A DNA stretch of 61,666 bases, counting the filler, from Jimgerdemannia flammicorona (taxonomy: Eukaryota): NCBI GenBank assembly GCA_003990765.1. It is 3 parts of 3 records of this genome, joined end to end, with 100 filler letters (N's around TTAATTAATTAA, not from the genome) between each part and the next. Parts side by side here need not be neighbours in the genome. Positions count along the whole stretch, not along the records: positions 20,601 to 41,086 come from RBNJ01001670.1; 2 more parts are not named here. The stretch is one strand, 5' to 3'. Shown here piece by piece: positions 23,755-38,399 of the stretch; the first letter of the stretch is position 1; every line of letters begins with the position of its first letter. The translations under genes were made by a program, and so were the position numbers. Below the pieces are notes generated by a model, which saw only the letters and a list, made by a program, of their open reading frames with translations, had not been told where the DNA came from and did no database searches.

Positions 23755-23785
<31 letters not shown>

Positions 23786-26700
23786 TTTTTTTTTTTTTTT
23801 TTTTTTTTTTTATAGTCTCTTGGACTCTATCATTTATTACTAGTCTATTAATAAATTTACAGTATCTCCTCCCACTACCTGATCCCAATAGGAGAGCCTC
23901 TCCCCATATCATCATAAAGAAAGACCACTATCTCACCCACTACCCCCACCCTCCCCCCACTCTGCCTACAGATATTTTCCACTAAGCAACGTCTTCGACC
24001 ACCTTACAACTCTCAAACCAAGCCAACAGCCCATCAAGGTATCCTCCATAAGGCAATGCCAATGTAACAACTAGGCCCCCAAGCCTAATCTCCTTCCATT
24101 CTCAAAGACAAATAGCCAGTAACTGACCAGTCCCACCCAAATCACCAAAACCCAGCCTAAAGTAAGTCATTTCTTTCCCACTCCCCCAACCAGTCTATTC
24201 CTCAAATCCTCCCACCGACCCTATATGCCATCACCCTGACATACTACTCTCAAGTGATCCCCAACAACCTGCCAAAAGTTATTAAGTACCTCACACTCTC
24301 CCAGCCAATGTTCAGGCATCTGCACATATCTTTCTTCCTGCTCTATATTGTGACACTCCTCACAATCAAAGCAACCCCCCTTGATAAGGTGACCTAAGTG
24401 GAAGTTGAGCATTATATTCCTCCTCAGTATATACCACCAGACCACCCAGTACTTCAGTGGCATCCACCTCCTCACCTCAGCACTCCAGGCCCAAATGCTA
24501 TGCCAGTTCCACTCTTCTCTGATACCTACTCTCTGCCATCCACTAGGTCACAGATCCTAACCCTAACTCTAACCCTTTGACAGTCTATCCCATCATCAAT
24601 ATCAAACTCAATTAAGGAAATGCCTCTCAGCAGCACTCAGTTCCATCTCAACATTGCTGGGTCCCAAGCCATCTCTTCTTTATTACCCTATCAATACATT
24701 CCAATGCAATATGCTCCCTCTGCTACTCTCTACCAGAAGCCTTTGTAATGCAATTGTACAGTATTCTGAAGCCCAACCAATGAAAGAAGATCTCTTATTG
24801 AGCCTCTTGATGAGAACCTCATCTCTCAGACCTTCTGCAATAGAGGAATCCAACTGCCCCCTCACAATTCTACTACTCTCTTTAACCACCATGCTCTCAA
24901 GCAATGTAGTCTCTTTGGAAAGTCAACCAGCCTAAGCCCTCCTCTTGCTACCAGTAAGAATAAGACCTCCCAGCCAATCTGACTCCTTCTTCTAGCCCAG
25001 ATCTACTCCTTGGCCAGCTTCATCAGTCATTTCACTACTCAGGCTAAAAAGTCCAGATGATATACCAGATACCTCAGCTTCAGCAGCCAATAGGTGTTCA
25101 AAATCAAGACATACCCTGCTAGAGATAAGTGGTGACCCCCCTAGCTCTGCAGGGCCTCCTCCCAAATTCCAACCCTTTGCTCTCACCAGAGCCTAGGTAG
25201 AACTGATCTATATACTGACAAATAAATGCTCAAGTACTGCACTACCTCACCAGTAGGGATGATTGTTCTGATGACATCCCCTCTCACCAGACCATTACCC
25301 AATACCATTGTTTCACACTTATGCTAATTAAGCTTAGCCCCAGAGTTCTCCTCATACCACTCTATCATCTCCTTGAGCTCCTCAATATCCACAATGGACT
25401 GCAGGCCAACCACTATATCATCTGCAAAGGCCCCCACTTTCCACCCAATTCCAAAGACAGAGAGTACCTCTATCTTCTGCCAGATTCTGTCTATCAGGGG
25501 CTCCAGGGAAAGGGCATATAGAATGGGGGACAGTGGGTCCCCCTGGAGCACCCCCCTACCCAGGGGAAATGATACCCTGCTATGTCCATTACATATGAGC
25601 ACAGCCCTACTCCCTTCCAGTAGACTGATCATTGCTGACTGGAACTGGTGTGGTACCCTAATCCTATCCAAACTTTTGCTAGCCAGACTTGCTGCACCCA
25701 GTCATAAGCCTTCTCCTGGTCCAAGAAGACCAGTCACCCATCTAGTCTACAAGCTTGTGCCCCTTCAATAACTCCATATACCCAGGCTGTACCATCTCTA
25801 ATGAGCCAGCATCCTACAAAGCCCCTCTGCTCAACTCCCAAGACTTGCTGGGCCACCTTCTGAAGTCTTGCAACCACCACCTTAGTCACCAACTTTCTGT
25901 CCATGTCTAGCAGCATAATTGGCCACCAGTTCCTCTAGTCCTCTCACCTTCCTTTGTTCTTATAAAGCAGTATCACCAGCCTCAGATCCTGCTCTCCCAC
26001 CCATCTCCCTATTGGTAGTATAAGATCATACAATGCCATCATCTCACTCAGTACTCCTGGAACTTCCACCATTTTCTTCCAGAAGTCCCAGGGCAGACCA
26101 TCCTCTCCAGGTGCTATACCTGGAGTTGTCATAGCAAGAACCTGGTGGATCTCTTCCTCTTGTACTGACAACACTAAGTCACCCAGCCCATCCACTCATG
26201 GAGGGTGCCAATCTTCCAATACCCGGTCAATGGTAGCAGCATCTGCCCCACCCTCCTCCTCACTCTACAATCCACTCCATTACTCCTTTAATGTACCAAG
26301 AATGTCTTGTATACCATGCACCAGTATACCATCAGAGTCAAGCACCCCCTCTCACCTTTGCTGTACCCTTCTTGCCTGAAGGGCTCTCATGAGATACTTA
26401 GAGGGCCTCTCCCCTTCCTCCAAACATTGCCAGTGAAGCTGTGCTGCCAAGCTCTGTACCTTTGCCTCCTCATCATCCTGCAGCACCTGTTGTAATTCAC
26501 CAATCTCCAATTTCGCCCTCAATAATCTCCAATCCTCTCCCCCCTCTACCATCATTAGCCCTGCCCAATCTTCCAAGAGTCTAGTCAGTCTAACAGAAGC
26601 CCATCTCACCCATCACTTCCTCTGCTTCCCAGTCTCCCTACCAGCCTCACTCCAGTAGACCCTGGTCATCTCTTTCATCCTCATCTACCAAACACCAACT

Positions 26701-27575
26701 GGGGTGCCCTCCCACCTCCAGCTCTCTACCCTCAGTTGAATGTCCTCCACCCACTCATCCCACCAGATTCTATCATCTAATAAAGAGAAGTTGAGACACC
26801 AATGTCCAGGCCCATCCCCACTCTCCCCAAAATGTCTCTGCCCTAATAACCCTCAATAATCTGACCAAGGATACCATTCCACCTTCAATGACTTCCAAAC
26901 ATCCAAGCCCCAGCAGCTGGCCATCAATATCCAGTCAATCCTTGTCCCCAAACCCTTTGCCCAGTATGTGTATACCATCCTATCTCCCCAATACTCCCTA
27001 CCAGCATCTATCAGAGCACTAAGCCTTTCCACATTCTTCCACACTGCCAACCCTCCACTCCTACTCTCAGCTCCCCAGCCCTGCTGCTCAGCTATACCAT
27101 CAGCAGTTACATCTGGATTTTTTTCCAGATTGGCAGTCTTATTGCCATCAGCCATCATGTTCACTCTAGCCACTATACCTCCAGTACCACTGCCCCCACT
27201 GCTAAGGGCTACTCCCCCATAGACTGCTGCCTTCTCCATCTCTTTGCCTTTTCTCAACCATCCCTCCAGCCCAGATGCCTGCCACCTCTCCTTCACTACC
27301 TCTATAAAACTTGCCCTCCCAGACCCCTGTCCTCCACCACCTCCTCCTCCCCTCCTATATCCTCCCATCAGTAGCCCCCTCATACTCCCCCCCAGACTGG
27401 GGTCTTTCCCCACATGCTGCCAGTTGAATGCACTAGGGCCACCCTGCCTAATATGCACCTCAGATTGCCTATTGGTCACTATGTTGTTAGTCTCTTTTCT
27501 CTAAAAACAATATTGTAAGTATCTTTCAAAGATTGTATAACCTGAATGGTACTGGAGAAAGATAACTAAGTATTT
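23755..27575 (-). mobile_element. L1/Tx1-like LINE with internal ORF1-EN deletion
   Basis: Poly(A) tail (T run 23755-23811); RT motifs APGEDGLP, QGDPLSP and AFADD; EN end RIDWIL...WSDY; imperfect TSD GAAATA(G/C)AGTT. Confidence 0.9.
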
Positions 27576-28640
27576 AGTAGAAATACAGTTCTTCTTATTT
27601 CAGTTTGAGTTTGGTACTTCAGTTTCCTTTTATGATAGTATAGTATACCAAAACTAGTTAAAGAGGTTCAGGGTTGATCTCATGGTTGTAGTACTTCTTC
27701 TAGTATTCTTGTGTCTTAACAGTAAGTTCTTATACTTGCTAGTATATTTTGTATAACTAGGCGATCTCTTCAGTAACTTGTTTTGTGATCTTATATGTAG
27801 TATCTGAATTAGTTCTAAGGGTGATCTGTGATTTTGGTGGCTTAGAGGTTGTGCACTTATACTAACTAGCACTTGGTTAGTAGACTTATTATATTGACAT
27901 AGATTATAGCTGGCAATATAGTTCTTAATTTCCTTGACCATGCTTGGCCAATGATAGCAGTATTGGATATTCTTGACAGTCTTCTCAATTCCCAGGTGAC
28001 CAGCAAGAGAGGAGTTATAGTGTTCTTACAAAACCTTATAACATAGGTTTATATTTTCAGGTAGATAAACTTGGTCTTGATAATAGATCAGGTTATTCTC
28101 AACAGTATATATATCCTTGAGCTCATTCAAGAAAACTCTAGTAGTGACTGTGTCTTCTTTATAAGCTTGCCTGATTTGGTCTAGATTCTGATACTAAGGT
28201 AACTTATATAATTATAATAGGTCTGGACATCTTGATAAGACATCTGGTACTACAAGTGTCTTGTAAGGCTTGTAGATGATCTTCAGGTTGAAGGTTTGAA
28301 GTTTGAGGCTCCACTTGGCTTATAAGTATAACAGAGTAGGCTGGGTGTTAATGTACTTAAGAGATTAATAGTCAGTAATAACATCAAACTCAATATATTC
28401 TAGATAGTATTGCCAGTGGTCTAGTGTATATATTATTGCTAGTAGTTCCTTTTTGTAAGTGGCTAACTTCTGTTTAGCTGGGACCAACTTGTAGGACTTA
28501 AAAGCAATAGAGTGATATTCTTTGCCATCATCTTGTGACAATACTACTATAATGGCAAAATTTGATGCATCAGTGGTGATCATAAATTTTAGATCTTGAT
28601 CTGCATTATGTAGGACTAGAATATAGGTCAGATAGTTCTT

Positions 28641-31600
28641 TTTTTTTTATTTTTTTTTTATAGTAACTTGGACTTCTTTAATTGGACTATCTAAAACACT
28701 ATTACAATGAAATTATTTACAACTACTATAATAATATATCATTTTAAGTAGGTTCAGTCACCCAACTCCTTCCTTCTATCTGATCCCATACTCCTCCAAC
28801 ACCAGGTGCCCTTGGCTCTACTGAATAATGTCTTGTACCTTCTGCAAGGCCCCTGGCTGAAGCCACCTCCCCTGATACCACCACCCTTGTACCACCTCCC
28901 AAAGAAGCCCCTTCCACTGCTCCACCAGCTCACTAATCCCTAACCATGGGTCTCGCTCAAACACCCATCTCCAATGTGCTGTCATCAGGACCCAGACCCC
29001 TAGGACTCGACCCAGGCCCCCCCAGATATCTCCTATCTCCCCCACCAGCTGGCGCTTGACCACCAGACTGACAGAATCTCCAGTCCTTCTGCCAGCAGAG
29101 TGCCAGTAATCTTCCAAGTATTGCCAGAACCCTTCTACACCAGGGCAGGCTGCCAGAATATACTCTAGTGACTGAACCACCTCACCATCTACCTCACTGC
29201 ACCACTCACAGTCCTGATAGCCATCTACCTCCATCTATTCTGTCTGATACCCCAACATCACATTCCTTCTCAGGAAGTGCCACTATACAACCCAGTACTT
29301 GGGGGGTACTATCTTGAGCAAGGTATCTCCCCAACTCTAGATTCTGCCCCACTCCCAGCCTTCACCCAATCTTGCCTTCTGCCAACCTGCTGGCCATCTC
29401 TCCAGAGGGCCAGGCCTGATCCACTCCATTGCCTCAACCAATGAGTACTCCTTCAGACCATGACCACTAATATAGAGGTCTCCCAATCACCACCATCTCT
29501 GCTCAGGATCCTCACCATCCTCCATCTCCAGCCCTGCCAACCCCATGGCCAGCCAGGCCTCCACCATGCCCCACCAGAATCCCTTATACTACAATTAACT
29601 GATATTTCCAACCTGAAGCAAACCCTGCATATCCTTTCAAACCTCACCATGGGGGCAGAATCAAATCTCCCAATTGTTCATTATCAGCCTACCCCATCTC
29701 CCTTCTCCTGTCTCAGCCAATTGACACCCCCACCAACCCCTGAGTACCTTCAGCCATTGCCTGAAGTCCACCAACCCCAGGCCACCATCCGTTGTCCTCA
29801 TCACCAGTGTATCCCACCTGATCTGTGGCTGCTTCCCATACTATAACCAGCCTTCTACAATCTTCTTCAGCCACTGCACTACCCATTCTGGAAAGTTCAA
29901 GTGATATCCTAGATACTACAATTTAGGCAGCCAATAGACATTCAAGACCACAATCCTGCCTATCAAGGAGAAACTCCTCCCAGACCATCTAGTCAAAGCA
30001 CCTTCCAACTTCTGAATTATGCCACTCCACCACTCCTTCAGCAGGACTGTTTCATAAACTGAGAACCAAATACCTAGATATCGAACTGCACTTCCAGTAG
30101 CCACCAATTATCCAAATTGTCCATGTTCCCCCAGACCAGCACCAAGTTCCATTGTCTCGCACTTGCCCCAATTCAGTTTTGCCCCTGCCAGTCTCTCATA
30201 CTATCCAACCCCTTCCTGCAAGAGGTCCACATCCTCCATGCTACCCAGCCCAACCACCATATCATCTGTGAATGCACCCAGCTTCCACACTATACCACCC
30301 TTTTGTAGTCCAGAAAGCCACCCCTTCAGCCATGCTAGCAATGGCTCCAGAGAGAGTATATAAAGGAGGGGGGAGAGGGGATCCCCCTGTTGCACACTGT
30401 GCCCCAAAGAAAACTCCAGGCCACTCCATCCATTCATCATAACTGCTGCTCTGCATTCCTGCACCAAGCCCATTAATCTCCCTGCTTCTACTGCTCCAAA
30501 TCCAACCTTTCTCAGAACAGTCTCTAAGTAAATCCACCACACTCTGTTATAGGCCTTCTCTTGGTCTAGGAAAACCATCCTACCATCCACCTGCCAGCTC
30601 CTATAGCTCTCTAAGACATTCTGCACCCAAGTTGTACTATCTCTGATCTGCCTTCCTTTGACAAAGCCTTACTGCTCTTCACCAATCAGCATGCCTATAT
30701 ACTGCTGCATTCTTCCTACTAGGATCTTCAAGACCAGCTTTCTATCCACATTCAGCAGCATAATAGCTTGCCAATTCTGCCACACCCACTGATCACCCTT
30801 TTCCTTATATAGGAGGGAAACTAATCCCAAGGAACCATTGCCAATCTAGCTGCCCTCCTTCAGAACAAAATTGGCCATCTCCACCAACCAGCTGCCAAAC
30901 TCTGCCTTGAACTCCTTCCAGAATTCCCAGGGCAACCCATCCTCCCCAGGTGATGAACCAGTCTATGTCTTCTGCGACACCTCCAAAACTTCATTCAAAG
31001 ATACTTCACCCATCACCACCCCCCTTATCTCAGGTACTGCTGCCACTGGCCAAGTGTCTACCATATTGCCATCATCCTCCCCAGGCACCACATTCTCTGC
31101 ATGCTCCCCTCCATCCTGCCAGAGAGCCTGCCATTGTCCTGAGACCTCTCCCAACATATCAGCAATCTCTGTGACCTCCATTCCATCTTTGTGCAGTATG
31201 GAGGCCCAACTGTATCACACCCTTCTGGCCTTCAAGATTCCCAACAGATATTTAGTTGGCCTCTCACCCTCCTCCAACTATCTTGCCCATAGTCTGGCAA
31301 ATAGACCATCTACTGCCCTATCCTTGGCAACCCTTAATTCAGTCTGTAGCTCTGCCACCTCTACTGCCAGCTGGTGACACTTCTCCCTAGACAGGTTCCC
31401 CCCTTCCATTAGCTTCAATCGCTATCTCAGCCCCTTTTCGACCCTCCTTGCCTTATCCTTCTGCTCCTTCCCAGCTACTTCACCAACATCCCTCCAATAA
31501 GTACCAGCCAAATGTTTGAATCTACCCCACCATTCTGCTATTAACTGCCCATCATTCTGCCACCATATTACTTCCTATTGCACAATATCTACAAACCAAT

Positions 31601-34260
31601 CCCTTTTCTTCTTTCTCCTGAGTAAAGTCATATTGAGATGCTAGTGCCCGCCACTACCATTGGCTGCTTGAAATCTGCCACATACCTCCACTCCCCAATG
31701 ATCTGACCAAGGGCACCAATGCATCTCATCAATATCCAGTACATTACCCCAACTCTTAGCAACCAGCACTCAATCAATTTGTGTCCTGACTAATCTGTCT
31801 CCCACCAGGTGCCACTGGGTGAATAGTCCTGACTCATCTCCCTGATACTGATGGATACCATCCACCAGTCCCATTTTACGCTCCACCTGGAGCCACTGAG
31901 ACAGCCCAGGGGAAACCACTACACCTGCCCCTCTATCTGACCTATCCAGTATCTGATCACATACCATATTAAAATCCTCCCCCAGAATGTCCAGTGCTAC
32001 TATCTCCCGACCTTCCCAAGCCCACCAGTCCTCAACCCATTGCTTTCACTCTCTGCCAACTGCAGGGAGATAAACTGAGCCTACTGCTAGACCATCACCT
32101 GCCCCTTCTTTTAGCCTTCCCCATACCAATCTATCACCATAAACCTCAACCTCCACCAGCTCACCTTTACCCATACCAACCAGAATACCCACCTGCTTGT
32201 TCCAACCCATACCACCATACCATTATTTACTCCACACCTCAAAGTCCTACTTGCCATATACCTGAATATTCTGAAGGAAAACAATATTATATCTTCTGAC
32301 TTTAAGCTATTGAAACAGTCTCTGCCTCTTAATACCATCACACAATCCATTGATATTGATCGATAATATATGTAAACTGTTTATCATCATCAAAGAAATG
32401 TTTCAAGCTCAGCTGGAACCACTACCACTTTCTCAGCCCTTCCTCTAATGATCTCTCACTGGTCCTCACAAATCACCCTCCAGATTCGATCACCATTCGT
32501 GCTGCTGCAGAAAAGGTCTACTCTTTCTGCTACCATCTTCCATATATCTGCCATCCTGCTCTCATTGACATCATATCCTTCATCATCCAGAAGAGCTACA
32601 ACCATTGCTGTTACTAGCTTAGGCCCCTGCATCACAACATTGAGAAATCCCTCCCATGCCTCCTGAGATCTATGAAATATGTCCACTTCCTTGATGTCTT
32701 CCTCAGCAAATTCCTCAAGTACCACCTAATATCAGCTCTCTGCTGACATTGCCAGAGGCCCAGGAGTTGATGGTCTGGGAGTCCTGCTCAGCTCCTGCAG
32801 GTGCTCTCTGTCCACTGATATGTCCAAAGCCACATCCACCAGCTCATCCTCCTCTGCAACCTTCTCCAAATATACCACCTCCACCACTTCCACACCCTCC
32901 ATCTGATTCTTAGCCACCTCTACTCTAGTCTCCTCTTCCACTGCTGCCCCCTGAAGGGCTGTCTGCAGATGCTCCCAATTTCCTTTCCTCTATCTCTTCC
33001 ACTTGCCATCTGCCTGAATCCAGACCCAATCCTTGGCAAACACCTCCCACTTCCTCTTTCACAACTCCTTTGCAGCCTCTCTCTCCTCCAGAGCAATCAC
33101 CAACTCTTCCTCCTCCTGTTCTACCCCCTTCCTCCTCCACACCTTGCACTCCTGCCCCCCAATTCGAATCCCCTCAGACCAATCTCATCTCAGACCAGAA
33201 ACCTCTCTGCCTTCCAGTCGTAGCATCACCTCGCAGTTGTCATTCCTCAATTTGGTGCCCTCCCAGAATATGAACCTGAAATCTACCATCTCACCATAGC
33301 CACCCAGTGCCTCCACCACCATCTCCTTGGTCTCCTGTCTGCCCAGAGTCAGAAAACCTTCCACCACCAGTCAAACAGCTTGCAGGTCTCACCTCAAACA
33401 CCTTGCTATCCCAATCTGGACACCCTTGACCACCATTCCTTTTTCCAGTGCCTTCACCATTGCATCCTCCTTTACAAATCTAATCTCCACTGCCACCACT
33501 GAAGGGATGAACTTCAAGGATTCTGCCCCAGCCACTTCCTCCTCCACCAGCCTCAGAACCTCCCTAGCTGACATCACCAATCCCAGAAAATTTGCCAAAA
33601 CTGCCCATATCAACACTGATTTGTGAAAGAAGGACCTCACCACCAACTCACCTATCCTGGCTGCTAGGGTCACCTTCTCCTTGGTCCCAGAAACACCAGC
33701 AGTCACCTCACCAGTCACAGCTACACCACCAGCAGTCCTCTCCCCAGCCCCTGGCCCAGCCACAAAAGAACCAGTTTCTAGCGTCACACCACCAGTCTCC
33801 AGCATCACACCACTAGACCCCTGTCCCCTTCCAGCCACCTGACCTGTCACCTGACCCATCACCTGACCCCTCTCCCTGTCAACACTATGTCTCCTCTATC
33901 CCACCCCCAAGGGCCTGGCTGCAGCCCTCCTGCTTCCAATCACAGTATGCCAAGCCTCAATTCCACCAGCCCTCCCCTGACCACCAGCCCCTCCTGCAGC
34001 CATACCAGCCCCTGCAACAGCCGCAAAGCTCTTGGGAATGTCCAGACCAGGCCTTCTTCTCTTCAGATGCTCAGAGCTAGAGGAACCTTGACTAGCCATA
34101 TTGCCAAAACTTGATGGTTTTCTTCAAAACTTATTGTGCCTTATAGATAGACTCCCACCACATGATATACACCAGTTTGTTCAAAATAAAAACTTGAAAA
34201 TGTGTTGTCTTTCACTGAAAGGTGTTTTTGTGGCTTAGCTCACTCTGTGTGGTTCGAGCC
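28641..34260 (-). mobile_element. Full-length decayed L1/Tx1-like LINE (ORF1 + EN-RT-zinc finger ORF2)
   Basis: 17-bp TSD TAGGTCAGATAGTTCTT (28624-28640 / 34261-34277); poly(A); ORF2 starts ~32390 (ILSININGL); LDQEKAY, QGDPLSP, AFTDD, YLG; C-terminal CEWC...C. Confidence 0.93.
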
Positions 34261-35774
34261 TAGGTCAGATAGTTCTTGAGCTCTTGAAAGACTTGTTGAC
34301 AGAAGAGGTCCCAGGTATAGGGTACATAGTGATCTGAGTACAGGGCCTTCCTCATGAGGTTAGTCAGTGGCTTGGTAATACTAGAGAAGTTTCTGATAAA
34401 GTAATAGTAGTAGTTAGCTAGGCCAAGGAAGGATCAGAGTTCTGTGAGGTTTGACAGAATAGGCCATTCTTGAATTACCTCTATCTTATGTGGGTCTACT
34501 TGAATTCCTTATGTAGAGATAATGTGGCCAAGATATTCAACTTATTTCTTGAAGAATTCACACTTCTTAAGCTTGGCATAAAGCTTGTGTTTTTGCAGGA
34601 TCTCCAGAACTGTTCAAATATATTTGAGATATTCTTCTTTAGTTGTGCTAAAGATTAGGATGTTATCAAGATATACCAATAGGAAAATAAATAGTTAGTC
34701 CTTGAATATCTTTTTCATCAAGGTCTGGAATATGGCAGATATATTGGTGAGATCAAATACTAAGACCAGAAATTTGTAGAGTCTAAAGGAGATTATGAAT
34801 ATAGTCTTGGGAATGTCTTCTGGCTTAATTTAGATCTAGTGGTATCCTGACATGAGGTCCAACTTAGTGAAGTACTTATTATTCTTGAGAGCATCAAATA
34901 TTTGATCAATCAAGAGTAGCAGATAGCAGTTCTTGATAGTGAGCTTATTGAGTGTATAGTAGTCTATACATATTTTCAAAGTACTATTCTTCTTCTTGAT
35001 AAATAGGACTGGTGAGCCATAAGGGGATTTACTTGGCTAAATAGCTTCTTGTGCAAGTAGTTTTTCTAGTTTCTTCTTGACTGCTTTAATTTCAAGTAGT
35101 GATATATAGTATATATGTTTCTTGGATAGTATAGCTCCTGGAGTTAGTTTGATTTCATGATCAACTTCTTGTATAGGTGGTAGACCAGGTAGCTTGTCTG
35201 GAAAGACATTCTTGAATTCTTCTAGTAGTAACTTGATGCTTTTATTGACTAATAGTTTCTTATCTTATTTCATGAGACAGACTATTACAATAAAGACATA
35301 CATTGCCTTCTTGAGTACTTTCTTATACTGTATGGCTGACAGTATTACAATCTGGGTCTTGCTCATGGTCTTGTCTGTCTTGATAGTGATGTTGACTCCA
35401 TCTTAAAGTAAGGTGACTTCATTCTTGTACCAATCGATATCTGGATTGTATTTTATAAGCCAGGGGTTTTCTAGGATCAGATCATAATCTCCTAGTAATA
35501 CAATCTCAAAGTCTACTCATTCCCAATATTTCTGGATCTTGATAGATAGTTTGGTTGCAATTGACTTGATGGGGTGCAGAGTACCATCTGAAGTAACTAT
35601 ACTGTTATTCTTGTGTACAGACTTAGTAAGGATCTTGAGGCTTTTGATAAGATTCTGATGGATGAAGTTCCCTGAAGCTCTACTGTCTATGAGCACTTGA
35701 ATATCTTTTCCTTTAATTAGGCCTTTGAAAATGAGCATAGCTTGAGCTTAATTTTCAGTAAGACTTGCTACTTG

Positions 35775-36170
35775 GTCAGTGCTACCAAAACCTTTTTAGT
35801 CTCATTTGGTTTCAGAGAGTTCTTAGATTTCTTAAATCTTAAGTTGACTGACTTTTTCTAAGATCATTTACATAACTCAGTCTCCATTCTTGACTGTATA
35901 GTCTTGATCCTTCTGATTGATAAGCAGAACTTAAACTTATCTTCAAAAGTCTGAATCAATAATACCAGTACCTATATCTAAATGATGTTTGATACTGAGT
36001 TCTGATTATAGTGTAATTCTGGTATAATATCCTTCAGGATATTAGACTGCAATTCTAGTAGACATCAGAGTTCAGCCCTTGGCTGGAATGGTGACTTGTT
36101 TGACAGAGTGTAGATCAAGACCAATGGCTCCTTTTGTTTAGTATTAAAAGACCTGGGCCTTGGGGTGAAG
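35775..36170 (-). pseudogene. Retroelement dUTPase (family D), between gag and protease
   Basis: Manual translation: GAIGLDLHSVKQVTIPAKG...GIIDSDF...KGFGST, with several stops. Confidence 0.8.
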
Positions 36171-37253
36171 CTTCTTGATCTTGAGCTTGGGTTGGCTGGT
36201 AGTAGAATTGATAGGTGTGTCTTTGGACAACATTGTGACTGGCCTAGAAGGTTTGCTCATCTTCTTAGGATATTTGGTTGCAATATGTTCTATTTAGTAA
36301 TAGAAGAAATAGGCTCCAGATTTCTTCAGGTAATCCTTTTCTTCAGAGGTAAGCTTGATGTTCTTTTTGTTTATAGTGTCTAAGTCCAGTAGTGCTGAGC
36401 CAACTATCCTTGATTGGTTTCTGTAGTGGTTCTCAAAGTGATACTTCTTGTGGTATTCTGATTTGAAGTAGTTACTAAAGATAATAATATCAAACCTATC
36501 GGTAATCCTCATAGCTTCATCAAGGCTTTGTAGCTCTTCTAGCTTGACCTTGACTCATGTATTTCCCTTCAGACCTTAGACATAGTGGTCTATATTTTCA
36601 TCCTCAACTATTGCTGGTAGTTCAAGTAGAATTGACAGGAATTGTGCATTATAGCTTTGTATAAACTTGAGTTGCTTGATGTTTGCTAGCTTGTCTCTGG
36701 CTAGTTTGGTAGCATTAGCAAGCTTGAACTACCTATGAAGGGCTCTCTTGAAAGCTTTCCAATCTTTGATTCATATATATGAATATATAGATATAGTTAT
36801 AATGTAATTATACCACCAAATGACTATATTTCCATAGAGAAGTGTAGCAGAAAATTAGACTTACATGTCTTCTTTCATTCTTATGAGCTTGAAGTATTGA
36901 TTCAATTGAAAGGTCTATACATCTGTAGATAGTCCTCCTTGGTGACTATTGAAGATATCTGGCTTGAGTGGCTTGAAACTGACTAGTACTATAGCAGAAT
37001 ATAATATACTGGCAATTCTTATTTTCTGCTATACTAGTTATACTTGAAGTACTTGAATTTGGTAGGTCATAGAGGTAATCATATCCTCTATGCTGATTTG
37101 TAGTTCTCTTGCTTCTCCTATAGCAGAGAGGTCTAGCTGGTAGGCTGACTCTTTATGGCTCATTTTAGGTTTGTATATCTAGTTGTAACTGGTTTCTGAA
37201 TTTGTATAAGATTTCTTAATAAGATAAGGTGTAATAATACTACTGCTACCAAG

Positions 37254-37716
37254 TATAATGGTTCTAGTTTTTTTAAGAGGAAGCAGCTAAATCTGAAAGT
37301 TCTAGTTGGCCTAAAGTAGCTCAAAGAGATACTTAAAGGTTCAAGTGTTCTCAAAGGATTTCTGAGAGAAAATATTCTGAGCTTTATTCAGGTAGTAAAT
37401 AAGAATATTTATATATGATCTGAAAGAAAGATCCAGAAGAATCTTGGAAAGAAAGAGAAATGCCAGAAGTAGGTTCTTAGAAAAGTTGACTAATATAATT
37501 CTACAATGTTCCAAAAGGTTCTATAACTAGCTAAGATAAGATACTTGGCATCAAGGAAAGACAAGAATGTTCTAATGGTATCTGAGTACTGAGAGAAGAT
37601 TTCTAAGCAAGTAGAAGGTGGTAGAACATAGTAGAATATTTAAGAAATAATAAGAAAAGACTAACTAAAAGATGCAAAAATATACTAAGACTAAATATGA
37701 CTATGAAATTGTTACA
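37254..37716 (-). repeat. Family D LTR
   Basis: TGTAAC start on the minus strand, adjacent PBS, second copy at 55264-55727. Confidence 0.85.
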
Positions 37717-38399
37717 AGACCTTTAGGACTTTCCACTCAAAACTTAGGAGTATAGTCAGTCACCATAGGTTCTATGAACTTCTCTACAGCTACATTGGAA
37801 TAACTAGGACCCCAGAATATACTGCTACAGTCACTCAGAAATTTCTAGACTATATCTCACTCTCTAAAATAAGAAAAGTAGCTATCAAGTAGATTGCATC
37901 TGATAGATATCATTATACTCCTACCAGGACCTCCCTCTACTATAGACTAGTTGTATACTATACCTTTGCTATAATAAGATATGAGAATGAGTAAACAGGC
38001 CACCCATCTCCTACTGCTGATTAAGAAGCAAGCCCATCTACCTAGCCAGAACTTGATATCCTCTTAAAGGACCTAGTTAGTATGAGGATGCACTATCTTA
38101 TTATAGAAGAGAGTCAGATGAAGACTCTACAGAATACTAGTCTGACAATAGCCAACAAGGAATAGCAGGCCTAGGAATTTACCAAGAACCCATAGATCAA
38201 GAAGAGCAGACCTCTGAACCAATCTAACCACCTATACAGAGGTTTGGTTTACTCTCTCTCATAGAACTATTTGATCTGATCTCTGGAAATCAAGTAACCC
38301 CAAGTCATACAGCACTATAACCTTACTAAGCAGAATAATCTTCAGGAGAATCTACCCCCACAGGCCCACCACCAATAGTCAATATAATAGTAGATACTA

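Larger units (their letters stand above)
23560..37716 (-). mobile_element. Degenerate Ty3/Gypsy element, family D (LTR-PBS-gag-dUTPase-PR-RT-RH-IN), split by two LINEs
   Basis: LTR 37254-37716; PBS TGGTAGCAG at ~37243-37251 (initiator-Met-like); gag ~37150-36250; protease LIDSRASGNF 35517-35738; RT ~34450-35100 (VYLDN, decayed YLDD); RNase H TTDAS 28365-28583; integrase remnants 27600-28050. Confidence 0.85.
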
